Assembly: GCA_034003345.1 (NCBI GenBank)
Contig: JAVEYS010000002.1
Coordinates: 9,415 to 73,414, forward strand
Direction: 5' to 3'
Length of the DNA: 64,000 nucleotides
DNA from: Bacteroidales bacterium
Lineage (GTDB): Bacteria; Bacteroidota; Bacteroidia; Bacteroidales; VadinHA17
Part shown: piece by piece, positions 46,291-55,580 of the stretch
How the letters are laid out: every line of letters begins with the position of its first letter
How positions within the stretch are numbered: position 1 is the first letter of the stretch
Position numbers and translations under genes: made by a program
Notes under the pieces: model-generated
What the model was told of the DNA's origin: nothing
Database searches by the model: none
Seen by the model: the letters and a program-made list of their open reading frames with translations, nothing else

Positions 46291-48243
46291 TCATATATTG
46301 TTTTCTTTATACTCCTTGTTTAGCAATGTGTAAATACGAAGCACCTCGCTCACGCTCCATGCCTGTGATATAGCTCCCCTGGGTGAATGTGGAGGGTCAC
46401 CGTCATATATCTCAGAAATTGTTGTGATACCTGCTTCGGTGAGTGTCTCCTCAAAGCCCATTATCAGCTTTCTTACACGAGACACACCTCCCTCACCATA
46501 AACCCTGAGCCAGCCTTCACAGAAGGGGCCCACAAGCCAGGGCCAGACAGTCCCCTGATGATAAGCCTTGTCCCTCTCATCCTGATTGCCGCAGTATATA
46601 CCACAATAGCCATCTTCTGAGGGCGAAAGGGTACGCAGACCCCTTGGGGTGACCAGAATGCGGTTGGCGATGTCAAGTACCTTCTTCATCTGATCCAGGT
46701 TAATCATTCTGTAGGGTAGTGATGTGGCAATGACCATGTTAGGTCTTACCTGCATGTTCCTCATCTCTTTGTCACTGACATAGTCAGCCAGGTAGCCGTG
46801 TTCCTCATCCCAGAATGTATCAATGAACGATCTGCTTATCAGATCCGGAAGGCTCTCCCACTCCTTCACGAATGCCCTGTCTTTTGCTCCCCTGGCACAG
46901 TCGAGTGAATAACATACAGCATTATACCACAGCGCATTGATCTCCACCGCATAGCCGTTACGGGGAGTGACAGGCACACCGTTTACTACTGCATCCATCC
47001 ACGTCAGTGCCTTGCCGGGAGCTTCTGCATAGATAAGACCATTCTCCCTCATATGTATGCCGAATGAAGTACCATTGCGATAAGCATGAAGTACATCCTT
47101 CATTGCCATGCCGTAACGCTTCCATGTCTCTTTGGCCTCAAGCCCGTAACTAAATATAGCCTGGAAGAACCATAACGGAGCATCCACGCTGTTGAAGGCC
47201 GGATTATCATCATTACCCATGTTGGGGAACAGGCCTCCCTTCATGCGCCGTACCTGCGTGTCAAGCACTGAAGCATACAGGTCTTCAGAAGTGCGGGCAA
47301 GAGCCAGTCCCGGGAGTGAGATAAATGTGTCACGCCCCCATGACCCGAACCAGGGATACCCGGCAACAATATTCGTGCTGTTGCCGCGCTTCTCGATAAA
47401 CTGTTGTGCAGCATTGTGCAAACAGTTCTCGAAATCGCTGCGCGGTATTTTTGACGTAACGGTTTTGGTAAACTTCGACTTGAAACCTGCAAGCCTCTCC
47501 TCCTTGGTTGAGACGGAAAAGACGATCACATCACCTTTACCGGCAACTACTTCGAAAAAGCCGGGTGTAAAAAGATCTTCCGAGTAGTCATACCCGCGTT
47601 TCTGCTCCTCAGTATACTCAACACCAAGGTACCAGTCGGGCACCGGCACAAACTCCGCCTTGCACGAGAGCTGCATATGGAGCCACGGGAACCCCTCATA
47701 CATGCGTATCTTTACACCACCGTTTACCGGCTCAGTACGGGTGTTTGCCCACATGTTGGCATGTGTCAGATGATGTATATTCCTGAATGCCAGTAAAGGC
47801 TTCATCTGAAGCTTAACCGGCTCATCGGTATCAATGATAGTGAACCTTATCAGCAGCTGCTCTTCATAATGAACCAGAAGACGCTCCTGCTTCATGATAA
47901 CATTACCCACCCTGTAGGTCATCCCGGGAATATCCTGAATATCAAAATCTTCCACATACTTATGACCTTTGGGACTGTAATAGTCGCCTTGATACTTACG
48001 TATGCCGGTGTTAAAACCCTGACCGTTGCTGACCACAGTGGTGTCAAGAGCTGATAGCAGTACATGCTTTTCTCCGCCGAGGGCGTCAACAGGACAAACC
48101 AGCAATCCATGATACTTGCGGGTATTGCAGCCTACTATGGTTGTTGAAGAGTAACTTCCCGCCCTGTTAGTACGCAATATCTCACGACTCAATGAATATT
48201 CGAGGTTAACCACCTGGGCTTTATCAAATTTAATATATCCCAT
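46291..48243 (-). CDS. Glycogen debranching enzyme-like protein (N-terminal debranching domain plus amylo-alpha-1,6-glucosidase, GH133)
   Basis: 650 aa with GYPWFGSWGRDTFISLPGL and QGTVWPWLVGPF motifs typical of amylo-1,6-glucosidase domains. First gene of the minus-strand glycogen operon. Confidence 0.8.
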   Translation of the reverse strand: MGYIKFDKAQVVNLEYSLSREILRTNRAGSYSSTTIVGCNTRKYHGLLVCPVDALGGEKHVLLSALDTTVVSNGQGFNTGIRKYQGDYYSPKGHKYVEDFDIQDIPGMTYRVGNVIMKQERLLVHYEEQLLIRFTIIDTDEPVKLQMKPLLAFRNIHHLTHANMWANTRTEPVNGGVKIRMYEGFPWLHMQLSCKAEFVPVPDWYLGVEYTEEQKRGYDYSEDLFTPGFFEVVAGKGDVIVFSVSTKEERLAGFKSKFTKTVTSKIPRSDFENCLHNAAQQFIEKRGNSTNIVAGYPWFGSWGRDTFISLPGLALARTSEDLYASVLDTQVRRMKGGLFPNMGNDDNPAFNSVDAPLWFFQAIFSYGLEAKETWKRYGMAMKDVLHAYRNGTSFGIHMRENGLIYAEAPGKALTWMDAVVNGVPVTPRNGYAVEINALWYNAVCYSLDCARGAKDRAFVKEWESLPDLISRSFIDTFWDEEHGYLADYVSDKEMRNMQVRPNMVIATSLPYRMINLDQMKKVLDIANRILVTPRGLRTLSPSEDGYCGIYCGNQDERDKAYHQGTVWPWLVGPFCEGWLRVYGEGGVSRVRKLIMGFEETLTEAGITTISEIYDGDPPHSPRGAISQAWSVSEVLRIYTLLNKEYKENNI

Positions 48244-48402
48244 GATTCAAGGAGTTCTGTTTAAATACTAAACAAAAACAACATAATTTAAGTCTATGTA
48301 ATTTAATTATAAATAATTTCGAATGCAAAGTAAATCAAAAAAATCAGATTCATTATCAGCCCTCACCAGACATATTCGCCCCTGAAGGCTCTGAAAAATA
48401 GA

Positions 48403-48410
48403 TATCTTTG
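48403..48410 (+). promoter_or_regulatory. Candidate -7 promoter element (TATCTTTG)
   Basis: Exact TAnnTTTG match. It overlaps the TTG that the ORF track uses as the start (48408), which argues that the true start is downstream. Confidence 0.5.
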
Positions 48411-48455
48411 CAATACAATAAGACAACCATTGAGCATTTAAAAAGTTCGGCCAAA

Positions 48456-49685
48456 ATGAGAGGTTTTAATAGAATAAAGAATTTAAGAAGACATTATCTG
48501 ATATCTGGCTTTCAGAAGGGAATGCTTATCCTATTTTTAACCGGATTGCTATCATGTTTAACCGGTTGCCATTCTGACAGCTTCACTGTCAGAGGTACTA
48601 TTGACGATACACAAGCTGACGAGTATCTGTTGCTTCGTGAGGTCAAGCCGGGCCTTCTTGAACCGATTGATTCAATGATCCCAAACCGTAATGGGAGTTT
48701 CAGCTTCAGAGCATCTACAGAGTATCCTGCATTTTACATGCTGAGTTTGAGTAATAATGATTTTCTGACCCTTCTTGCCTCTCCGGGAGAGAAGATAGAG
48801 GTGAAGTTGGTACGGAACGCTATGGCTACTCCCGAATATGTAAAGGGTTCTGAAGAAAGCGCCCTCATGATCAGCTTCAGGAAAGAACACCAGGGAGTGG
48901 TTGATGAGCTTCAGAGACTGACGGACGTATACAATGATAACCTCGATAGCCCTGAACTGCCGTTACTGATGGACAGCCTTGACAGAAAGGCTGCAGATAT
49001 CGTCACTGCCTTCCGTGAAAGGGCGCTCATGCTCCTTGATGAGAACCTCTCATCCATGGTATCGGTCTATCTGCTGAATCAGCAGATAGTGCCAGGGTTA
49101 CAGCTTTTTGACGCAGCCAAAAACCCAGAGGTATTCTGTAGTGTCGATTCAGCATTATATACGCTTTATCCTGAGTCCGATCTGGTGCTTGACCTGCATA
49201 CATTCGTGGCAAAGCTGAAGAGGTCGGTCACGGTAGCCGGCAAACCCGGCACTAAACCGGTACCAGGCGACATAATGCCCGAGATAGCTCTCCCTAACCC
49301 CAGCGGGGACACACTGAGGCTATCATCAACAAGAGGCAAGGTGGTCCTTATCGACTTCTGGGCAGCGTGGTGCCCGCCCTGCCGCGAAGAAAACGAAACC
49401 CTTGTAGAGATGTACGATATGTGGCATCGGCAAGGATTTGAAATATTTCAGGTCTCTCTTGACCTGCGTAAGGAGGAGTGGACAGAAGCGATAAGAAACG
49501 ACAGACTTGGGCAATGGATACATGTCAGCGATCTGAAGTATCGTGACTCGGAGGTGGTGAAGAGACTTGGCTTAACGGAGATACCCGCAAACTTCCTCAT
49601 TGACGGTGAAGGAAGGGTACTGGCTGTCAATCTCAGGGGAGAGGATCTGAGGAAAAAACTAGGGGAACTTCTGGGAAGGCAATAG
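48456..49685 (+). CDS. TlpA/AhpC-TSA-like thiol:disulfide oxidoreductase lipoprotein with N-terminal extension of about 200 aa
   Basis: The C-terminal thioredoxin fold has an intact active site (LIDFWAAWCPPCREE). The lipobox is LSCLTGC. I moved the start to ATG 48456 because of the promoter position; ATG 48522 is also possible. Confidence 0.8.
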   Translation: MRGFNRIKNLRRHYLISGFQKGMLILFLTGLLSCLTGCHSDSFTVRGTIDDTQADEYLLLREVKPGLLEPIDSMIPNRNGSFSFRASTEYPAFYMLSLSNNDFLTLLASPGEKIEVKLVRNAMATPEYVKGSEESALMISFRKEHQGVVDELQRLTDVYNDNLDSPELPLLMDSLDRKAADIVTAFRERALMLLDENLSSMVSVYLLNQQIVPGLQLFDAAKNPEVFCSVDSALYTLYPESDLVLDLHTFVAKLKRSVTVAGKPGTKPVPGDIMPEIALPNPSGDTLRLSSTRGKVVLIDFWAAWCPPCREENETLVEMYDMWHRQGFEIFQVSLDLRKEEWTEAIRNDRLGQWIHVSDLKYRDSEVVKRLGLTEIPANFLIDGEGRVLAVNLRGEDLRKKLGELLGRQ

Positions 49686-49798
49686 GTAATCTCTATTTTT
49701 AGTTTATTTGCACATGAAACACTGATGTTTTCAAAAACTCAGCCGGGCTTGCGAGCTCAGCGAAGCCAAACACAAGGGAAATAAAATCAACAGCAAGA

Positions 49799-50956
49799 AT
49801 GAAGAGGTATACATTAATAGTTTTGATAGCAGCACTGCTTGCCGGCTGCAACAGTAAAAACAGGGTCACCATTAAAGGCACCTTCGGTGAAACGAAAGAA
49901 GGGGTTGTCTATCTTGATCAGTCAGAGGTTGACCGCAGTAAACTGGCTGACTCTGCTGAGATCAGAGGAGGACGTTTTAAGTTTACAGCAGAAATCACCG
50001 GCCCGGAGTTTTACCAGGTACGTTTTAAGAACGGCGAATTCATTGACCTGCTTGTAATGCCGGGTGAAAATATCACTCTCGACCTCGCAAAAAAGCCACT
50101 GGCATTGAACTATACAGTTTCAGGATCACCCGGATCGGAAGATTTAAAATTTCTCGATCAGCAACTACTGAAAACTAAATCAGAGCTTGACTCCATCCGG
50201 AAGGTGTACAACACGCTCAGTAACGAGGAGCTGGACACACGGGGCCCGGAGCTTGAAAAGGCATTCGTTGGTATAGTTGATGCCCAACGTATGTTCAACA
50301 TCAAATTCATCGTGGAAAATATCGGTTCCATGGCTTCGATACAGGCACTCTACCAGAGGATAGATGAAACCACATATGTTCTCTACCAGCCACGTGATCT
50401 CCAGTACCTGAAGATTGTATCTGACTCGCTGTCAGTAAAGTACCCGGTCTCCAGACACGTGCGTGCCCTTAAAGAGAATGTAACCACCGAGCTCAACCGG
50501 ATGTATATTGACCGAATGGCAAGTCTTGCATCCCAGCTTCCTGCGACCAACATTACCCCGGAACTTCCGGATACCAAGGGTAAAATGGTCAGTGTATCAT
50601 CACTAAAGGGGCAGTATGTACTTGTATCATTCTGGAGCACCACTTCACAGGATTGTCTGAACGAATTGCCTCTGCTGAAATCAATCTATCAGGCCTATCA
50701 CAGGAGAGGTCTGGAGATCTATCAGGTCAGCCTGGATACGGATCTGGAGAGATGGCTGAACATCATTCGCTTCGAAGAGATACCCTGGATCAGTGTCAGG
50801 GAAAAAGATCCCGAAAATCCAGCCTATGCAAGGCTGATGAATATTACCACACTGCCTTCCAACCTGCTTTATGACCCGGAGGGCAAAATCATCAACACCA
50901 ACCTCTCGGGGCGCAACCTTGAGATAAGGATGGATCAGCTGTTCAACAAACAATAA
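49799..50956 (+). CDS. TlpA-like paralogue with degenerate active site (SQDC instead of CPPC)
   Basis: Same architecture as the upstream gene (lipobox LLAGC, long N-terminal domain, thioredoxin fold), but the motif reads LVSFWSTTSQDCLNE. Confidence 0.75.
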   Translation: MKRYTLIVLIAALLAGCNSKNRVTIKGTFGETKEGVVYLDQSEVDRSKLADSAEIRGGRFKFTAEITGPEFYQVRFKNGEFIDLLVMPGENITLDLAKKPLALNYTVSGSPGSEDLKFLDQQLLKTKSELDSIRKVYNTLSNEELDTRGPELEKAFVGIVDAQRMFNIKFIVENIGSMASIQALYQRIDETTYVLYQPRDLQYLKIVSDSLSVKYPVSRHVRALKENVTTELNRMYIDRMASLASQLPATNITPELPDTKGKMVSVSSLKGQYVLVSFWSTTSQDCLNELPLLKSIYQAYHRRGLEIYQVSLDTDLERWLNIIRFEEIPWISVREKDPENPAYARLMNITTLPSNLLYDPEGKIINTNLSGRNLEIRMDQLFNKQ

Positions 50957-50961
50957 ATACC

Positions 50962-51717
50962 TTGCCAGGTCATAAGATATACTTCGCCTCAGACTTTCAC
51001 CTGGGACTCGCGGCAGGAACTGATCCGCATGAGCGGGAACAGAGGGTGGTGTCATGGCTTGACACATCATCGCAAAACGCCCGGTCATTCTATCTCCTGG
51101 GCGATATCTTCGATTTCTGGTGGGAGTACAAGGAGGTTATACCAAAAGGATTTACAAGGTTCCTGGGCATGCTGGCCTCAATCACTGACCGTGGCATTGA
51201 TGTCCATGTTTTTACCGGCAATCATGACATGTGGATGAAAAGTTATCTGACCGAGGAGTGCGGGGTCACCATCCATCATGAACCGCTGGTGACGGAGATA
51301 GACGGTAATATTTTCTACCTCGCTCACGGTGAAGGGTTAGGAAGCAGGAGTATCGGATCAAGGTTGCTGTTCGCCTTTTTCCATAATAAGGTTGCCAGGG
51401 TACTCTATTCGGCTATCCATCCCCGCTACGGCATGGCATTTGGACATGCCTGGTCGAGAAGCAGCCGGCTGGCAAAGCATATTTCACTCCCCTACTTAGG
51501 CGATGAGAAAGAGGATCTGATACGTCATACAAGGAGCATGGCTGCCGGGGGATGCGGTGCACGCTATTATATCTACGGCCACAGGCATCTGCCCCTGACG
51601 TTCGACGAAGAGGGAAGGAGAATGATAATTCTTGGTGACTGGTTCAGCTGCCGTACCAGCTATGCAGTATATGACGGAACAGATCTTACCCTTGTCAGTG
51701 AAGTTTTAGTCCCTTAG
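50962..51717 (+). CDS. lpxH: UDP-2,3-diacylglucosamine diphosphatase
   Basis: Calcineurin-like phosphoesterase motifs SDFHLG, GDIFDFWWEY, GNHDMW and GHRH in the LpxH arrangement. 251 aa. TTG start per the track. Confidence 0.85.
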   Translation: MPGHKIYFASDFHLGLAAGTDPHEREQRVVSWLDTSSQNARSFYLLGDIFDFWWEYKEVIPKGFTRFLGMLASITDRGIDVHVFTGNHDMWMKSYLTEECGVTIHHEPLVTEIDGNIFYLAHGEGLGSRSIGSRLLFAFFHNKVARVLYSAIHPRYGMAFGHAWSRSSRLAKHISLPYLGDEKEDLIRHTRSMAAGGCGARYYIYGHRHLPLTFDEEGRRMIILGDWFSCRTSYAVYDGTDLTLVSEVLVP

Positions 51718-52822
51718 CCCTGACCCTGACGGTAATCCTGTAATAGGAATACTCATCGTTGACCTCATCGAACTTGTAGAAGAGCCTGCCTCCCGAGCGG
51801 CGGGCCATCTCAAGCAGACCCATATACCCGGTTGATACCTTCGACATATCCTGACCCATGAGAGCAACCTTGAGCAGTTTCTTCAGACCCTCCTCATCAT
51901 AGCGGTTGACCATATCAAGCTTCTGGATGAGGTGATCGATGTCACTCTTCCTGATGAGATTCCCTGAGGTGATAATGAATGATGCGGGTGTCCTTCTGAT
52001 CATTGCCAGCGGAATGCCGTATTTCTGTTCAGCTTCGGATCCCGGACTATGCTGGGAAACGTTCTGGAGCAGTTCGATAAGGGTGGCGAAGACACGCTTG
52101 TGCAGGTTCTGCTCCAGCTCTGCCTCACGCATAGCTGTCTCACTGAAATTAAGCAGCTCCTTGCTGATGGCATGTGTCATCGGCCCGGCCCAGATAAAGA
52201 AGATGTTGTTTGACTTCATCATACGTTCAAGCTGGGCAATCTTTTTTGTGTCATAGGAAACCAGTGTGTCTCCCGGGTCAGTTACGCCCTTTCCTCCGGC
52301 ATCAACCGTCTTGCTGAGGATGAAATATGAATATTTGTCATCAATGGGAAGAAAATCATAATCAAGTTTGTTGCCGGTCTTTCTGGCCATCTCCATAAGA
52401 CCCAGACCTGCACCCCCTTTATTCCCTATGCTGGAGTCCTGGAGCATGGTCCTGTAAACATCCCTGATCTTGTCAGGATCGAGATTGTTGATTTTATCAA
52501 GATTGCTCCTGAGAGATTTCACCTCACTATTTTTAAGGGCGTTACCGGTGCTGACCGTATAACCGTCGGCAGTCTTGTTATAGACTACGAGAGATGTGAT
52601 CTCTTCACTATTTGATACGCCGTGTCTGGTGATGTTCTGCAGGTTCTCCAGAACGAACATGAATAATCGTTTACGGCCCAGGAGACTGAAATCGGAGAAC
52701 TCCATCTCTTTCTCCAGCAGTGTCAGAAGACCTACAGAGTTATCACCTGTCACCTCACCACGGTAGGCAAACATCAAATGCTCATCCGACAGCTTCTGCT
52801 TTAATTTTTTTATAAGTTCCAT
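51695..52822 (-). CDS. Tandem GHKL-ATPase-like (RsbW/SiaB-like kinase) domain protein
   Basis: Two homologous halves of about 180 aa, each with an N-box-like ExxxNxxxH(G/S) (VLENLQNITRHG; LIELLQNVSQHS). Only the first half keeps the Gly-rich lid GGAGLGLMEMARKTG; the second reads STGYMGLLEMARRSG. Start set at ATG 52822 (MELIKKL). The 3' end overlaps lpxH convergently by 23 nt. Confidence 0.45.
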   Translation of the reverse strand: MELIKKLKQKLSDEHLMFAYRGEVTGDNSVGLLTLLEKEMEFSDFSLLGRKRLFMFVLENLQNITRHGVSNSEEITSLVVYNKTADGYTVSTGNALKNSEVKSLRSNLDKINNLDPDKIRDVYRTMLQDSSIGNKGGAGLGLMEMARKTGNKLDYDFLPIDDKYSYFILSKTVDAGGKGVTDPGDTLVSYDTKKIAQLERMMKSNNIFFIWAGPMTHAISKELLNFSETAMREAELEQNLHKRVFATLIELLQNVSQHSPGSEAEQKYGIPLAMIRRTPASFIITSGNLIRKSDIDHLIQKLDMVNRYDEEGLKKLLKVALMGQDMSKVSTGYMGLLEMARRSGGRLFYKFDEVNDEYSYYRITVRVRAKGLKLH

Positions 52823-52906
52823 ACTTTCCGAAAAAACAAGAAGTAATACCTTTCCCTGACACAAATAAAGCAAAAATTATTTGTTAAGTCATCATTACAT
52901 TTATTT

Positions 52907-54445
52907 TCATCCGGCCCAGCCCTCACGGTCAAGGTTACGGTAGTTTATTGCTTCGGAGAGGTGGTCCGGACGGATCTCTTCAGAATCGTCAAGATCGGCT
53001 ATTGTTCTTGCTACCTTTAATATTCTGTCATAGGCTCTGGCTGAGAGGCCGCGCATCTCCATAGCTGCCTTCAGGAGTCTCCCTCCGGTATCGTCCGGAT
53101 GACAATGACGCCGTATCATTGCAGATGTCATCTGTGCATTGCAGTAAATGCCTTCGCTTGCGGCAAAACGAGCCGACTGTATCTCGCGTGCTCTCACAAC
53201 CCTCTTGCGAATGTCGTCAGATGATTCTGCAGGAGCGTTACCTGCCATCTTCTCATACTCTACGGGCACCACTTCAATGTGAATATCAATACGGTCGAGA
53301 AGCGGTCCGGAGATGCGGTTGAGGTATCTCTGCACCATTCCCGGGGCGCAGGTGCACTCTCTGGAGGGATGGTTATAGAATCCGCACGGGCATGGGTTCA
53401 TGGAGGTTATGAGCATGAATGAGGCGGGGAAATTGCAGCTCATCCTGGCCCGTGAGATGGTAATGATCCTGTCTTCCAGCGGCTGTCGCAGCACCTCCAG
53501 CACGCTCCGTTTGAACTCCGGCAGCTCATCAAGGAAGAGCACGCCGTTGTGTGCCAGGCTGATCTCCCCGGGCTGCGGCACGCTGCCGCCACCAACCATT
53601 GCGATGTCTGAGCTTGTATGATGCGGGCTGCGGAAGGGACGGCGGGTCATCAGTGAGATATGGTTGTCAATCTTACCCGCCACCGAGTGTATCTTTGTTG
53701 TCTCAAGCGCCTCCTCGAGAGTGAGGGGAGGCAGTATAGAGGGGAGACGGCGGGCAAGCATGGTCTTGCCTGAACCCGGAGGGCCTATCATTATGGCATT
53801 ATGCGAGCCTGCCACAGCCACCTCCAGGGCCCTCTTGACATTCTCCTGCCCCCTGACATCGGCGAAGTCATAATCATAGATGTTCCCCTCGTGGCTGAAG
53901 AGGGTCTTCATGTCAACTTTCAGCGGCTGTGGATCTGACTCACCGTTCATATAGCTGATCACCTCCTCAAGGCTGGTGACACCGTAGACATCGATGCCAT
54001 TAACGACAGCTGCCTCAGGGGCGTTCTCTGCCGGCACTATCATGCCTCTGAACCCCTCTGCACGTGCCCGGAGGGTCATAGGCAGGACACCTCTGACCGG
54101 CTTAACAGTGCCATCGAGTGACAACTCACCGGTGAGGAGCATCCCGTCAAGCCTGCTGCCGCTGATCATCCCCGCGGCTGCAAGAACACCAACTGCCAGC
54201 GGCAGATCGTATGAAGATCCCTCCTTGCGAATGTCTGCCGGTGCCATGTTTATGACCACCTGCCGGCCCGGCCAATGCAGTCCCACAGCACGAAAAGCCG
54301 ACTCAATCCTCTGCTGGCTCTCCTTCACAGCAGCATCAGGGAGACCTACAAGCATATAACGAACACCACGGGTGACGTCAACCTCTATGGTAACCGGGAC
54401 TGCCTCAATGCCAAAAACGGCAGCGCTGAAGGTCTTGACCAGCAT
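52907..54445 (-). CDS. comM: YifB/ComM-family Mg-chelatase-like AAA+ ATPase
   Basis: 512 aa with an N-terminal Lon-like domain, Walker A GPPGSGKT, Walker B VLFLDELPEF and a C-terminal ChlI-like region. Confidence 0.88.
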   Translation of the reverse strand: MLVKTFSAAVFGIEAVPVTIEVDVTRGVRYMLVGLPDAAVKESQQRIESAFRAVGLHWPGRQVVINMAPADIRKEGSSYDLPLAVGVLAAAGMISGSRLDGMLLTGELSLDGTVKPVRGVLPMTLRARAEGFRGMIVPAENAPEAAVVNGIDVYGVTSLEEVISYMNGESDPQPLKVDMKTLFSHEGNIYDYDFADVRGQENVKRALEVAVAGSHNAIMIGPPGSGKTMLARRLPSILPPLTLEEALETTKIHSVAGKIDNHISLMTRRPFRSPHHTSSDIAMVGGGSVPQPGEISLAHNGVLFLDELPEFKRSVLEVLRQPLEDRIITISRARMSCNFPASFMLITSMNPCPCGFYNHPSRECTCAPGMVQRYLNRISGPLLDRIDIHIEVVPVEYEKMAGNAPAESSDDIRKRVVRAREIQSARFAASEGIYCNAQMTSAMIRRHCHPDDTGGRLLKAAMEMRGLSARAYDRILKVARTIADLDDSEEIRPDHLSEAINYRNLDREGWAG

Positions 54446-54779
54446 GACTCAGAATTTATGTTGAACAATAAAGGAGGAAATGCACTATAAATTTAATGAT
54501 TGCCGGTGAAAAGTGCAAGAGAAACGGCAGGAAAAGCCTTGCGGTGATCACCTGCCAACAGAGGAGGTTGGCAGCCTGAGATCCTGATACTCGAATGATT
54601 GAAGGGGAGACACCCCTGAGAGACCTCACATCGGTCGCTCACTTTCGAAAATGAAGATCTCCTCAGCAGGCACCCCAAAGACGACAGCTATAGCGTGCGT
54701 TAGCTTAAATGAGTGACTATGCTTGCTGCAAATGTGTGCCATGCGGCTCAAAAACCATATTGTGCAGTCAGTCTCATTT

Positions 54780-55142
54780 TCAAAGGCCGGCTTCCGGTTT
54801 TGCACCGCCTTTGTGGAGCCTGATCTCCACAGGACTGACAGTAACCAGACAGCCCTTTGGCAGAGCGGAGAGGTCTGCCTCTATCATTTCATAAAATGAT
54901 TCAATCTTCTCACGTAGGTCTATAAGTTCTATGACAACGGGCAGCTTCTCTGTCAGCTCCCAGAACCGCGAGGAGTGGATATGACTGCTCAGTCCGTAGC
55001 CCATCATCCCCCGGTAGACCGTAGCACCTGAGATGCCCGCCTCCCTTGCCTTATAAACGATAGCCTCATAGAGAAGCTGTGAGCCGAGCCTGTCGGTGGA
55101 GCTGGCATATACCTTCAGGACTGCATGTGCATTCTTTTCCAT
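54780..55142 (-). CDS. DUF190-family (PII-like) protein, co-transcribed with crcB
   Basis: The sequence LKVYASSTDRLGSQLLYEAIVYKAREAGISGATVYRGMMGYG resembles DUF190 proteins that commonly accompany crcB. The track start 55148 is TTG, so I used ATG 55142. Confidence 0.65.
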   Translation of the reverse strand: MEKNAHAVLKVYASSTDRLGSQLLYEAIVYKAREAGISGATVYRGMMGYGLSSHIHSSRFWELTEKLPVVIELIDLREKIESFYEMIEADLSALPKGCLVTVSPVEIRLHKGGAKPEAGL

Positions 55143-55144
55143 GA

Positions 55145-55522
55145 TCAAAGTAAATTAGTTAAAACATAGCCAAGGTAAACGGCCAGGAAGCCAAGGAATA
55201 TGCTTAATCCGGTATAGATAAGCACGGCAGGGAGCTGCCCGTTATGCAGGAGCATCAGGTTCTCGCTGGCAAATGTCGAGAATGTTGTAAATCCGCCGCA
55301 GAGACCGACCATCAGGAAAAGTCTCCACTCCGGTGTAAGGATCATGCTCTTATTGGCAATACCGGTAAGCAATCCTATCAGGAAGCTGCCTGTTATGTTT
55401 ACCAGCAGTGTACCTACAGGGACTGAGTGAAAGCTGATGGTAAGGTTCAGCTGTGACACAAGATAACGTGCCACGCTGCCGATGAACCCTCCCGAGCCGA
55501 TTATAAGCAGGTTCTTAATCAT
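55145..55522 (-). CDS. crcB: Fluoride channel CrcB/FluC
   Basis: 125 aa with four TM helices and the conserved GGFTTFSTF motif. Confidence 0.9.
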   Translation of the reverse strand: MIKNLLIIGSGGFIGSVARYLVSQLNLTISFHSVPVGTLLVNITGSFLIGLLTGIANKSMILTPEWRLFLMVGLCGGFTTFSTFASENLMLLHNGQLPAVLIYTGLSIFLGFLAVYLGYVLTNLL

Positions 55523-55580
55523 CAGGTAAATATCTGCCGCAAATTTACATCTTTCTCATGAAGATTCAGTGCCGGGAAGG

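Noticed and set aside
55523-55580. Fluoride riboswitch expected upstream of crcB
   Set aside because: Only 58 nt separate crcB from the pirin gene. Reading the minus strand, I could not find the conserved crcB-motif elements (the GGnGAUGG...CCnCC pseudoknot core or CUGAUGAU). A covariance-model scan should confirm this.
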